From Trichosphaerium sp. ATCC 40318 (taxonomy: Eukaryota; Protista; Tubulinea), in the NCBI GenBank assembly GCA_038496445.1, contig JALMLS010000626.1:1-64000 (forward strand): 64,000 nucleotides of DNA. The letters are read 5' to 3'. A program made the position numbers and the translations under genes. The notes under the pieces were generated by a model. The model saw nothing but the letters and a program-made list of their open reading frames with translations, did no database searches and was not told where the DNA came from. How positions within the stretch are numbered: the stretch's first letter is position 1; every line of letters starts with the position of its first letter. Positions 39,706 to 53,441 of the stretch are shown piece after piece.

Positions 39706-39955
39706 AAATACTCCTTACCACCTCACTACTTCCAATAATGCTGCTGGGTACAAAATGAGTTCAAGAGGCATTCTTGTTGCACGTGAGTTAACCTTGTAGC
39801 CTATACACCAACAAGCGCATTCTATTATACGGCCTTGTTTATCGTAGCTTCGTGTACATAGTTGTAGAAGGCCATTCAATAAAAACGAAAACTGTTTTAA
39901 GTTATTTGATTTGTATTGACTGTATCTTAGAATTCTGTACAATCGATAAGCAAAT

Positions 39956-40992
39956 ATGACTGAGACCACTGAAGCATCCTTGAAGGTTCAAATACAACTT
40001 TTGTTTAATTTTTGCTTACATTTTATCTAGATACGCCTGTTTAATGGTAAAACGCACTCAGAGACCCTACGGTCTGATGATACTCTACTTGTACAGTGAT
40101 TATTATTGTGTAGCTGATTAATTGAATCTAGGTAGTAAAAACACTTGTCGAGAGCCTTATTGGTACTGATGGTACAATAATTGCAAATTTGTAAACGAAC
40201 AAGACGTTAATTTTATCTCTTTTCTTCAGACTTCATGATATCGGTCCCATACCCACGCCGTATATTCGCCAATGAAGAGTTAGCCACCACAACGTTAAAA
40301 CAAGCCGGACTAGCACCAAAAGGCATGGTAATCATCCAAAAAGGCGCGCAAGCACACCGCTCTTACAATGACAACTATCTAATACCTCAACAGGAATTAC
40401 CACTGACATAGTGAAAGGAAAAGGAGCTCATATCCCTCCAGGCGTGAAGCACATCCATAGTGAGGTACTAAACGCCATTTGAAAGATAAAGATAACGCTG
40501 TAATTGTTGAAATGTCATTAAAATGGTAAAAAGTATTAATCCACTTTATAGCAAGAGTATAACAAATATAAGAGCACACCAAATAGATTGATAGTTGTAG
40601 ATTTCTCTGCTGTATGGTGTGGACCTTGTAAAGCAATTGCGCCAGTATTTGAGTCGCTAGCGAAGGAATACACAGGGTACTAATACTTTTTTTTTTTGAA
40701 TGTTTTTTTTTATGTTCTATTCTTTCTCCGACCCACCAGCTTCTTACCTGTTACTATTTAGTGTCACCTTTCTTCATGTTGATGTTGATCAAAACAAGGG
40801 CCTTCCTGACGCGAGTGACGTTAGGTAACTAAACAACAACCTAAAACAATTTGTATAAAATTGAGTTACTAATTTTTTTTTTGCAAAAGGGGCATTCCTA
40901 CGTTTAAATTCTTCAAGAATAATTCAATGATTACAACATTTTCTGGCGCAGATGCAAACCGTTTAAAAAATGAAGTAAAGAGACTTGCGTAG
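39956..40992 (+). CDS. UBX domain + thioredoxin (WCGPC) fusion
   Basis: [27 protein letters not shown] (UBX), then [35 protein letters not shown]. The fusion requires a GC-AG intron at 40344. Confidence 0.75.
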
Positions 40993-41252
40993 ATGTACTA
41001 GCTTTGCAGTAAAAAAGCACTAAAACAAACGATTATAAATTGTACTAAAAAATCTGCTATCAGTTTCTCCTTTTTTTTTTGTAGACACAATGACACGCTA
41101 CCCGGTAAAAGCATATTCGAACACTTGAGACCACAACACGTGTTACAGCAGTGCGAAAAAATTGTGATAGATTGGAATAGCAATTATTTTGACCGACACA
41201 TCAATATTGACCAAAACGCATTTAATAACGTACCTTTGTATCTTTCATCAAT

Positions 41253-42296
41253 ATGCTCTTAAAGCGCTCGATGGCACGTGTAACGAGTGTAAAGACCATC
41301 AAAAAAGCTTCAAGTAGGACTAGAGGCGTGCGTAATATGACTGTGACAGAGTTTAAGGACAAGGTTGTGAAAATACCACCGGGTACGCAAATCGACTGGC
41401 CTACAGATCTCGCCAAACCTTCTGGAGACAGAATTAACGCCATAATGCAATATTGGTTTGGCAAAGACGAAACAGGAGCAGAGCAGCTAAAACAAGGCTT
41501 GTGGTTCACAAAAAGTGATAAAGTTGACAAGTACGCGTTATACCAAGTTATATTGATTCAACTACGCGAAAACAAGCGTTTAAACTACTTTTCGTTTGTT
41601 AACCTATCAATGTTTAGAGAAATAACTGAAAACTTCCTGTATGATGTTGTAGAACTGTGCAAAAAGGATTCCACGTTCAAATTTGACACACCTAGAACAT
41701 CTCTAGCACGAGTGCGTATACTAGTTTTTTCAGACACAAAAAGTTACACGTCCATCACTAATGAGGCCATAAGATTGTTCTTTTCGATCAGTTCACTAGG
41801 AATATATTTAGAGGAGATAGAAAATCATTTTATTTCGATGGTATAGCATTGATTAATGCTAGACACGTACGTTGTTTGTTCATTGTGCTTTCTTCAAAAA
41901 CCCAAAAACATAAAAAAATTGACAAGATGATTATTATATCAAGGCCCTCGATAAAAATGCAGATGATAGTGTTCCACCATTACAAAAATCTTTCTTCTAT
42001 ATGCCCTTTATGCACTCAGAAGATTTGGGTAACCAAGAGCATTGCGTAGAGTTGTTTCAAAAGGTACATACTTTTTGAGGTTTTTCCCTTTGTTTTTTAA
42101 CTCAGAGCAGGCTGCAGACAAACACGCAAGTGATGAGGATTTAAGAAAATATTTTATGAACTCTCACTCATTTGCGGTAAAACATCATGAAATTATAGAA
42201 AAATTTAGCCGCTTTCCACACAGGAATGAAATCTTGGGCAGGGAGTCAACACCTGAAGAAATAGAGTTCTTGAAACAACCAGGAAGCAGCTTCTGA
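41253..42296 (+). CDS. DUF924 family protein, possible organellar presequence
   Basis: YWFG..LWF, DQFTRNIFR, FFYMPFMHSED, H..II.KFSRFPHRNEILGRESTPEE. Confidence 0.9.
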
Positions 42297-42548
42297 GAAC
42301 AAACAAAATTTTACTTACAAATCATCATAATAAAAAAGAAGAAAATTTTGAGAAAGCAAAGGAAGCATAACAAAACATCCAACAATTTTTTTATTTATTG
42401 TTACTATTTAGTTAGTCAAACAAGTTTTTAACAACTTGATACTTACCACTAAAGCTGTACATGGCCCAAAACTGAGAGAGCGTTGGGGTTTTTTCATAAA
42501 ATGTTAAAAAGAAACTAGGTGCCAACAGTAGTTTCTGTAGGAGGCGTA

Positions 42549-44596
42549 CTATTGTACCATTACAGCTAAAGGATAAGTGCCAATTGGTTGGTTTTTTAGT
42601 GTAACCAACATTTTATATTGGCCTGGCGAACTAGGCGTAAATACGATTTGATACTGTCCATTACCTAAACAACAAAAAAGTCAACAAAAAAAAATTAAAA
42701 AAACCAAGTATTGGTTGTGTACCCATATTTTGAAAGCGGGTATTGTAATAATTAGCACCAATGGGTGACTCCATATTAACATCAAAACGAGCTACAGCAT
42801 CTGTCATATTGCCCATCTTGTTTTTGGCAAAAATATTGACAGTAACAGGGTTCTGACTCCTGGCTGCACTAGCAACCTCAGCTGTACAACTAGCTGGATC
42901 AACACCTACATTAAACATCAACTTTAAACGTAAAAACCCCAAAAAACAATTTAAGTAAGTACCATCAAAGATTTGAATAGGGAATGTAAAGTGATCCTTA
43001 GAATAGATTCTAATCTTAACTTGGTGCTCTCCTTTGTCAACAGGAACAAATTGAATATTGTATAAACCAACACCAATAGGCTAATGTAAAACAACTTAAT
43101 TAACGATTGATGAACAATGTTGTAAACAACAAACAAGAAAAAAAACAGAAGAAAAAAATACCTCAATTCCGATGTCTTGAATGCGTTCACCACCTGGTCT
43201 GATGATAGTAGGTGTAATGTCTTGTTTACGACGTAGATTCGTTGCAACTTTTTGAGGATCTTTTACTGTGAGCTTAATTTCGTAAAGCTCACCGACAGCA
43301 CCTTACAAAAAGAGTTAGCTTTTTTCAAAATTTTGAAAATTAATAGCAAAAAGTACCTGATGGACTGGCTTGAAGGTTAAAATCGAGGTCAAGTCTAGGA
43401 ACAGTCTACAAAAGCATTCAGTTATAATTACCACAGTTATCAACAAACCGTACATCTTCCCAATCTGGACGACTAACATTTTTTTCGTCGTTCAAGTTAG
43501 CGAATCCTTGTCCTACTTTAGCCAATAAATTCTCTAAATCAGCTGCATCTGCATCAGCGCTTCTACAAATTTGATAACGTGAGTAATTCATAAATAGGTA
43601 ATAAGAATAGTATGAGATACCTTGCTGGCTGTTTAATTTTATGAACTGGCTCCTTTGGCATCCTTGCTTCTGGTTGTGCCTGTATTCAGCATTTAACAAA
43701 AAAAACTAGCTCCGAAAGCATGAGATTCTAAATGTACCTTCACTGGTTCCATCAATTGACTCATTAGATCTTCTAACTCGTCTCCTGCGGTGGCATCCTT
43801 ACCTTGCTACAATGAATGTTAGCTTAGAAGTGTCTAGCTGTTTCTCGCACTCGCGAAGGAGGCACCATAACAACGCTTGCGCGTTGTGGTTGTGGTTGGT
43901 GTACTTGTACAATGCTAGCTCTTTGTGCTCCGCCATTGTGTTGGGTATATTGCTGTGGTCCTGGATTGATACTGTATTGTTGTGCAGCTGGATTATGTTG
44001 CGTGAATTGCTGAGGTTGGACTACAGTGTATTGTTGTGCAGCTGGATTATGTTGCGTAAATTGTTGAGGTTGGCCAGCAGCGTAATGCGATGCTTGTCCT
44101 CCACTGTGAGAAAAAAAGCGTTAGCCACTAGCGGAAATTGCTTTTCTTATTGTCTTTTTTGGACAAATTGTGACATACTGCATCGATTGTTGATGTTGAA
44201 AGCGCGGAGACTGATTTGCAAGGTCACCCAATAGTTGGTCGTTCAGCTCGCTCTTTTGTTGACCGTGTGAGGCCAAAACATCGGTACGACGCCGTTCTGT
44301 AATGTTTTAGGAGATACAAACCAGCTTACAGGGACTTACCTTCTACAACTTCTCTTGGAGGTCTAGTTCGCTGCTTTGAGTAGTGTTAGTTGCGTGGAAC
44401 GTAGGTAAGCAGAGATACAAAACTATACGGCAATTCGAACGTTTAAAAGCTGATCAAAGGTGATCAGAGCAACAGTAGCTCTAAGAGAACCCAAGATGCG
44501 CATTTAACGCAAGCAATCCAAAGTAGTACTTACCACAGGTGCTGCAGGCTCTTCTAGAGCGAGACTAGCAAGAAGATCATCTAATTCGTCAGTCAT
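42549..44596 (-). CDS. LD-motif/Gln-rich protein with two C-terminal filamin-type Ig repeats
   Basis: MTDELDDLLASL and DLENLLAKV. Filamin signatures G.YNIQFVP..KGEHQVKI and GNGQYQIVFTPSSPGQYKMLV. Confidence 0.75.
43973..44073. repeat. Two-copy 54-bp coding tandem repeat (QPQQFTQHNPAAQQY on minus strand)
   Basis: tgtattgttgtgcagctggattatgttgcgt(g/a)aattg(c/t)tgaggttgg occurs twice. Confidence 0.9.
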
Positions 44597-44739
44597 TGTT
44601 ACAAATTTAGTTGTTGGGCGAAGTTAAGTTCCGTTTAAAGTACTTTACTCAAAAAAGTCTTTTTTGAATTGAAAATAATTTTTATTGGCATTTTTTTCTT
44701 CACCACAATATGTGGTCTGTAAGCGAAAACACATTTATT

Positions 44740-47700
44740 CTATTGTAGTGCTTCGAAATTCTTGCGTTGTTTGGTTGTGTTCTCGAGTTCTTTCGTCAAA
44801 TCCTCCAGCTAAAACAAACGCCGTTAGTTTTGACTCTTTACTACTAAATGTAACCATTACCTTTTTATTGTCGTTGTCTTTGACTCTTTGTGGAACTCTG
44901 TCGATGTAGTTCTGAGATGATTGCTTCTTCTTGATTCCATCAACTTGCTTTTGAACTTTTTGCAATATCTTATCAATACGCTTTAGTTCACCTTCAAGGT
45001 TAACTAGACCCTTCAAAACAACACAAAGATCGAGATCAGGGTTAGGAACAGTGACAGCAGCACCGGCAGGGACAGCTGCATCGAGTGCAATAGTAATATC
45101 TGCACTGTATGATAGGACTTGGACGATGTCATGGAACTGCTCGTACTTTGTCTTAATTTCCTCAGAATGGCACGAGATGACAAGTGGTGTCGCTGGTTTA
45201 CGGAGCTAGTAGTTACAAGTCAATTTTACACTCTGGATTTATGTCAAAAAGGCTACATACCTTTAAGCCGTACTCAGCTCTCAATGCGCGAACAGCAACA
45301 ACTGACTCCATGATGTGTTTCATGGATGCTTCGATTTCAGGTTGAGCACGTTCTTTGATGTAAATTGGGTAAGCAGCAACAGAGATTGAAACGCTCTTCT
45401 CGGTGGAACGCTTAGGTAGGCGTTGCCTAGAAAAACGATTAGAAAGACATAATGAGGCCCTAGAAGAGTCGAAAAAATAGAAATAACTACATACCATAGC
45501 TCTTCAGTGACGAAAGGCATGAATGGATGGAACAAGCGCAAGGCTTCTTCCATGCAAGTGTACAACGTTTGCTTTGTCTCATTTTGTGCTTCAGCATCCT
45601 TTGCATCCTTACTGTACATAAGAGGCTTGATTGCTTCGAGGTAGATTCCACAGAACTCGTAAAGCCAGAAGTTGTATGAAGCAGTTGTAGCTTGAGGGAA
45701 CTCGTATGACTTCCATCCTTCCCCAGCTTCTTGTGCGGCGTTATTGAGCTTGGACATGATCCACTTGTTGATGAGAGTGTTGGCAGTTGTAGGTGCACTG
45801 TCGCTAGGTTTGAAATCTGCTCCACAAAATTCGAGACCAAGCTTGACAGAATTCCAGATTTTGTTGCAAAAGTTTCTGTAGGCAACAACACGCTTAATAT
45901 CAAGGTTGATAGCACGACCTTTAAGTAATAATTAATAACGTGATTGATCTCATAATCAATATTACCTTGGCTAGTGTATGCACATAAAGCAAAACGAAGA
46001 GCGTCTGTACCACACTCGCTGATACCTTTTGGGTAAGATTTTTTTTGACCTTCCTTTGCGATTTTAATTTCTTTCTCTGGTAGATTACCGTTGTTCAACG
46101 TATCGTGCAATCCTTGTAACGTGATACCTTTTTTAATTCAATTAGTGTCAGAACATACGTATTGTCGCTAAGGAAGCCTAAAAAGTGTACCTTCAATAAC
46201 GTCGATAGGATCTATAACATTACCAAGACTCTTACTCATTTTACGACCTTGAGCGTCACGAACCATAGCGTGCAAATAGATTTGCTTAAAAGGCAATTGG
46301 CCAGTAAGCTTTTGACCCATCATTACCATTCTAGCGACCCAGAAGAATAAAATATCGTGACCAGTCTCAAGCAACTGTGTTGGGTAGAACTCCTGAAGCT
46401 TCATGTCAACAACAAAGAACTAAGACTATGTATAATTTTCCGTACCTCCAAATCCTTTGTTTTTTCTGGCCATCCTAGTGTTGAGAATGGGAATAATCCA
46501 GAAGAGAACCATGTGTCCAATACATCAGGATCTTGTTCAAGTTTCAATTTGTCAGTTCCGAATTTCTTGACAGCTTTAGCTGTAGCTTCTTCAAGCGATC
46601 TTCCAGAAACCCAGTTTTCGCCGTTAGTAGCCTATAATAATGCGTTAAGATTGGGTATATATACCAACAATAAAACATACGTCAGGGGCATCTTTTCCCT
46701 CAACAGTAACTAAATAGGCAGGAATTCTATGTCCCTAATAAAGTCATAAATAAGAATGTTAAAACGAGTCGAGTGAATAAATACTGTTCCAAGTACGTAC
46801 CCACCACAATTGTCTTGAAATACACCAATCGCGAATATCACCTAACCAACGGTTCCTAAAATAATTATAAATAAAACACATCAAGAGAAAAATGGTACCA
46901 TGTAGCAACGTGGTTTGGAGGCAAAATCTCGAGATCACCGTTTTCAACAGCGTCAACAGCATCCTTAGCCATTTTCTTACAGTTAACCCACCATTGAGGT
47001 TTTAGTAAAGGCTCAATGTAATCACCTGACCTTGAACATTTTTTCAAAATCATCTTATGTGGCTTGACACCTAAAAAAAATAATCAAAAGTTTTGTTTCA
47101 TTATCAAAACCAAAAAAACCCACAAAGACACATACCTTTGTAAAGACCAAGCTCGTCAAGAGCCTTTATAACAGCCTTACGTGCTTCCAATCTAGGCATA
47201 CCAGAGAATTGGGCGCAAAGCTCGTTGAGGGTACCATCATCGTTTAGGATGTTCAAATCGCATTTTAAACCATTACGTTTACCACAAGAGAAATCGTTGA
47301 AATCGTGAGCAGGTGTAATCTTAACAGCACCAGTTCCTTTTGTTTTATCAACAAGGATGCCATCGCCAATAATTGGCATTTCGTGTCCAGGGAGGAATGG
47401 ATGGACGAGCGTTTTGCCAATAAGGTGCTTGAATTTATCATCAGGATGAACAGCAACAGCAACATCTCCAAGCATGGTTTCTGGGCGTGTTGTAGCAACA
47501 ACTATTTCTTCGTCTAAAACATAAAACATAAGAATAACTGTTTTTGGAAACGGACAACAATTGCTCTTTGATTTTGATTCAAAAGGTAATAAAAGAGTGT
47601 AACTTGCCTGAGTCTTTTACTTTGTAAGCAAACTCCCAAATAGCACCAACTTGGATTGGATATTTGGTGCCAGGGAATGACTTCTTGGTGATTTCTTCAA

Positions 47701-48848
47701 TTGACTCTTCATCGACTTCAACATCAGAGATTGCAGTGTTTAGCGCACAACTCCAGTTGACGAGTCTCAAATCTCTGTAAATGATACCTTCGTCATGGAA
47801 TCTAACGAAAGCTTCTTGAACAGCCTTTGATAATTTCTACAGAACCAAGAGTAAGCACAATAAAAAATAAACATCGAAACTCGAAAATTATGTTGTTGGT
47901 TTTTTTTTGTCACTGCAATGTTTTTGCTGTACAACAACGTACATCGCTCATGGTGAATTCTTCACGGTCCCAATCAAGAGACGAACCAAGACGCTTCAAC
48001 TGCGTGGTAATACGATCACCATACTTTTGTTTCCATTCCCAAACTTTCTTTACAAACTCTTCTCTACCGAGATCATGGCGCGTTTTCTTTTCTTCTCTCA
48101 TGAGCTTCTTTTCAACAACAGTCTACAAAGAAATTATTACTACAGCCTCAAGTGACAGTTGTATTTTTTTTGCCATTACCTGCGTTGCAATACCGGCGTG
48201 ATCAGTACCAGGTACCCAAAGTACACGTCTGCCGCTCATACGGTGCCAGCGACATAGAGCATCTTGTACAGCATTGGTAAGCGCATGACCAATGTGGAGC
48301 GAGCCAGTGACGTTAGGTGGTGGAATAACCATAACAAATTGTCCAGTTGGTTCTTTTCTAAGCTGCGTAAGCGTATTCCAAGGCGAACAGAAAGCGTACA
48401 TGTATTCTGGTTTGAATACGCCTAGTTTTTGCCACCAATCATACCACGCGGATTCTACTTGAGGTGGGTCGTACGTGTCAGGGAAATCAGTCAAATCTAG
48501 GACATATTAAACGAGAAAATAATTTTTTTATTTTATTACCTTTTTTCTCTCCTGGTACAGTCTTGTTAATGTATTCGCGGCGTAATCGGATAGCATCTTC
48601 CTTCTTCTACAAAAAGAAATCACAAACAGAAAAAAAAAAGGTTCGAATCGCACCTTCTTTGTCTTATTAGCAGCAGCTAGCTTCTTGGCCTCGGCTGCTT
48701 TTTTTTTAGCTTCAGCTTTCTTCTTTTTGGCTAATTGTTGTTGCTTTTTGCGTTCTTTACGCTGTTTATCCAACTCGAGCTGTTCAGGAGTCTTCTCTGG
48801 AGCCTTTTGAGGCTCCCCTTCAGGCTTCTTCTCTTTGGTGTCCGACAT
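44740..48848 (-). CDS. VARS1: Valyl-tRNA synthetase
   Basis: [66 protein letters not shown]. Confidence 0.97.
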
Positions 48849-49154
48849 CTGTTTGATTTGAACAAGCTATCAACCTCCCAGAGAATTCTGCGTAATTTCC
48901 TTGTTGTACACAAATTCTTTCAAAGTCTTCCACTACTGAGATATTGTTTAGAAAGTATTCACTGATGCAATGCCTAACTGTGACCACTGTCGTTAAGGCT
49001 GGAAGTTCAAATTTTACCAAGAAGCTGAGCTGACACTGAGAGTACAACAAAACAGCGGAGTTTACTTTACAAGATCAAGTACTTTTTTTTTCTTTTCTGC
49101 GTCACGTGAAAACGTTGACCGGGCAAACTCTTGAGAGCAGGTAATAAAGCTTGA

Positions 49155-49814
49155 TCAAAGAAGAGCAGCGCCCATACACATAAGAGCACCACATACATAG
49201 GTACCAAGTGCCCCCAAAGCACGGCCAATCGGTGGAACTTTTCCTTCCTCTTGTTCTTGACGTATTCGTTAGCTAAAGACACCAATGTATTTTGTAAGCA
49301 TTACCTAGGATAGCTTTGACATGAATAAATCTGCAGGTGGTAAATAAAGCAATTACACCACTCAGCCAAGCCTAATCAATGTCAGCGAAGTTGCTTTTTT
49401 TGTTTGATTTGGGCCTAGAACGGTGAATAAAAGTGTCACGTACTGTTGGTCGTGACTTGGTTTTAATATCTATGTAGAGCATCTATTGCTTGTCAAGGAG
49501 CTTTTGTATAGCGACAAAAAGAACTAGTAAAGACGTGTAATGCGGTTTCACGCCGAAAAGGATACAATTGCCGTAAAGACACCAGCATACTCAACGAAAT
49601 TGCCGTGAGCTCTAACTGCTTTAAACACCGGATCTCCTTCTGGCATAGTTTCGTCACTGGTGGCGTGAAAGTTTTGGTACTGTAAGCTGCATACAAATTT
49701 GTAAGGCTTGCAAATTACGCGCTGTACGTACCGTTTTAGAGTACAGTTCAGTCCGAGGCCTACTGTGCCTAAGCCCAGCAGCGTGGCACAAAATTGCGCA
49801 ATACTCCATGACAT
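49155..49814 (-). CDS. MAPEG family membrane protein
   Basis: VRAHGNFVEY, CRFIH, four hydrophobic segments. Confidence 0.85.
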
Positions 49815-49960
49815 GTGAGGTTATGGCATCCGTGGAGTTCACTCGCATTAACGGCAAAAAGAAATACGAAGACGTTTCGTAGCAGGTCTTTTTTTTTTTT
49901 TTTTCACAAACAAAAGTTTCAAATAAAGGTCCAATAATAAGTAACTAGCGCAAGAGGCCA

Positions 49961-52900
49961 ATGGAATACTTTAAGGACCGTAACGCCAACAACCCTGAGT
50001 CTTTAATAGACATTACAACTCGGCGTGCGTTTTCTTATTGACATTAATAGTCACAAAACGTTTAAATAACACCTTAGGCATCCTCAAGGAGATTATTATC
50101 GATACCAAAACTGCAGATGATTTTGCTGTACTTGTACTAGACTCAGTAACGACGCCAATAGTCTCTGCTTGCTGTAACATGAAAGAGGTAACGAGGGCGG
50201 GTATCGCAGGTCCGTGTGGTTAACTAATTTACTTTTTTTTGTTTTCGGTTTACACGTTGCTCAGACATTTGCCCATGCGCACCTTCGTCGTTTTATTGCA
50301 ACAGCGATTGTTAATTCTTCCGTAGTTATCGAAAGTATTGATAAGAAGCGCCAACCACTTCCTCGTGATGCCATATACTTTGTGGCGCCTACCAAAGCGA
50401 CCATTGATAGTATAAACAAGGATTTCGAAAACGCATCTCGTCCACTCTACAAAAAGATACATGTCTACTTTACAGCGCGTACGGTGCAACAAAACCAATT
50501 GTACCCTAATTACTGACATGAATGCATTTAGATCTAAGCGAAAGTTTGTTAAATGTCCTCAGTCAATCTCGTGCAATGGCATACATTAAGACTTTCAAGG
50601 TTTGTAGCTCTTACAGCTTTACAATCAAAGTTGTCACCTGTTCTTATTCTCTTTATTTTTGTAAACGTCTAACACAACAATATGTAGGAGGTAAATATGG
50701 AGTACTTGGCGGTAGAAAGACAAGTCTTTCATTTGAATATGGACAATAGTTTTTTTAACATATTTTCTCAAGTACCATCGCAAGCTGAACGCAAACAAAC
50801 GTACACAACAATAGCTACACGTGTAAGTTAACCTAATTCTTTTTTTTTTTGCAACAAAAACTGAACATATTTCGTTGCTAACAATCCATTACATAGCTTG
50901 CTTCTGCATGTGCCAGTTTGAGTGAATTTCCGTCTATTCGTCATTCTAAGTCTACTGCTGCTTCTAGTATAGCCAGTCAGGTACGTTATTACTAAATCCT
51001 TGTGATGTCCTTCACTCACGGTTTTTTTTAGGTATCTAAGAGCTTGGAGACTATGAAAAATACTATTGATAAACCTCTTTCGACTAAGTCTACAATGCTC
51101 ATTCTAGATCGTACTGAGGATCTTGTAGCACCATTGGTAGGGTTTTTTACGCTTTTTCTTCTCGTTGTTGTAATAAGGTTAACACTTTTCAGATACATGA
51201 CTTTACTTTACAAGCGATGGCAATGGATCTATTACCAATAGAAAAGAATATCATTCAATGGTCTTACAATGCTCAAAACGGTGAGGAGGTAGTGAAAGAG
51301 TCTATTCTAGATGAAAAGGATCCTTTATGGACTAACATAAGGTAATGTATTATTCTCCAAGCGAGTTTTTTTGTTGACATTTTTTGTTGTATTTTAGACA
51401 CCTCCACATTTCTCAGACTAGTAAGTTCCTTGAGGAAAAGATTATGCCTTTGATTGTCAACAATGCTGTAATGAATAGAAGAAAAAATAAGCAAAAAGAA
51501 TCGATCACTGGCGAGGTACGTTTGAACTAGTTACTTCAAAAAAAAAAGTTTTTGACAGTGTTGTTCAGAAAGGAAAGGTATCTGCAAGCGAACTGGAACA
51601 AATTCTTCGTTTTTCTGCAAAGTACAACAAGTACTCTGAAAAGGTAATTTATTTGGTCTCTTCTATTTTTAATGGCTGTTTTTGGGCGTTTTGACGCTGG
51701 TTTTTATTAATTTGTTTTTGTTTAGTATACTCAACATAAAGAACTTGCACGTCAGTGTATGTCAAGTTATAAAGAAAAACAGCTTAGTGCTGTTGGTAAA
51801 CTTGAGCAAAATCTTGCAACTGGACAACGTGTTGATAATAATAAGCTAAGCACGTTTAACGTAGAAAGAGATGGTAAATTTGAAGATGCATTAATTAATG
51901 TTGATATCTCGTACGTGTTGTTTCGAGGCGCCACTCAACATTATAACAATGTGAATAATTTTTTTTTAACTTTTTTTAGGCAATCTGACAAGTTGCGATT
52001 ATTACTCTTACTCCACATAACTGTGGATGATAAACTCACTGTCAACCAAATTATGGAAGATACAAAGAGCTCATCTCAAACCAAGGCGCTCATAAAGAGC
52101 ATCACAGCATTGAAGCGTTTATCCAAAATAAAGGTATGTGTAGACTTACCTAAAATTTTATTCTCAGTCATCAACATAAACTGGCAGCTGCCTTTTTTTT
52201 TATCCAAAGCTTGTGCACTTTTTAGGCCATTTGTGTGAGTGGTGAACAACTTTTTTAGTTCTTTTTTTTGTACAATAGAAGACGCTAAAACTTATATGTA
52301 TTATTAAAGGATCACAAAAGAAAGACAGGAAACAATTGGCAGTATGTTCTCTCAAGATTTCGTCCAGCTGTTTATGATATATTAAACGACCTTGCGGATG
52401 ATAATTTAGATACACGTTTGTACCCTGGTCTCAATAATTTCATACCAACAAGAAATGAAGGTAAACGAACAAATTCCGATGTCACTTTTCAAGATTGTCT
52501 ATTTTTACATTAATCTAGGTGCCAAGGCACAGAAAAAAAGTAATACTGGTGGCGGTAAGAGCAAGCGTTCTAAAAAGCTTGGTGGAAAATATGACACTGA
52601 AGAGAAGGTTGACGTGCGTTCAGATTATGTTTTGTTCAAACCAAACGTCTTTTCACAATCACAAAAAAAAAGCCTGCTTTATTATTGCTTCTCACACTAT
52701 CCTTTCACTAGTCAACCTTCAAGAGTGATGCACCACGTATTATATGCTTTGTAGCTGGTGGTATCACATACGGTGAGATACGTTCTGTTTATGAACTATC
52801 CAAGCGTCACAGCATTCCTATTTTTATTGGTACACGTTTTTTTTTTCTTGTTTCTTCAAAAAAAAATCTGAAATGCTGACTCCAAACTTAGGTTCAACAG

Positions 52901-53028
52901 AAATAATAACCCCAAAAAGGTTTGTAAACCTTCTTGAGTCACTACAAAAGGATGCGCCAGTGGGAGAACGCGCGACACCACATACTGTGCCAGAATCTTC
53001 CGAGTCATTTACAAGCGACTTTAACTAA
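49961..53028 (+). CDS. Sec1/Munc18 (SM) family protein
   Basis: VLVLD, RQPLP.DAIYF..PT, LILDRTEDLVAPL|IHDFTLQAM..DLL, LEQNLATG, DKLRLLLL, GGITYGE.R, GSTEIITP. Confidence 0.95.
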
Positions 53029-53441
53029 ACAAGGTAACAGCTAAAGGCAAATGTAGACTATCAATTTTTTTTGGATTAAACTTGAATAAAAAGTGGATAC
53101 GAAAAGTTACATAGTTCGTGTTTTTTACGATAAACCGAAAATAGGTTATTCACAACTAGCGTGATAGTTCCTTTCAGTAGCGAAGGTGTGATTTACAACA
53201 AACAATTTGTTCCATAATGATATCATTTTAAGCTGTCAATTTTTTTTCCAAGTAGTCTGCAGTATTTTGTGGTTTAAAACAACGCCAGCCTAGTTTTTAG
53301 TAGTGGCGCTATTATTCAGGGAACATATTTGTGTTCGTTAGGGCTCAGTTTGTTTGTGTTTACAGCCTTGTTTCAATTGTAATTTTATTTATTCAATTTT
53401 GGGTTTTTTAGAGTGATGAAAGTTGAAAAAATTTATTTGTG

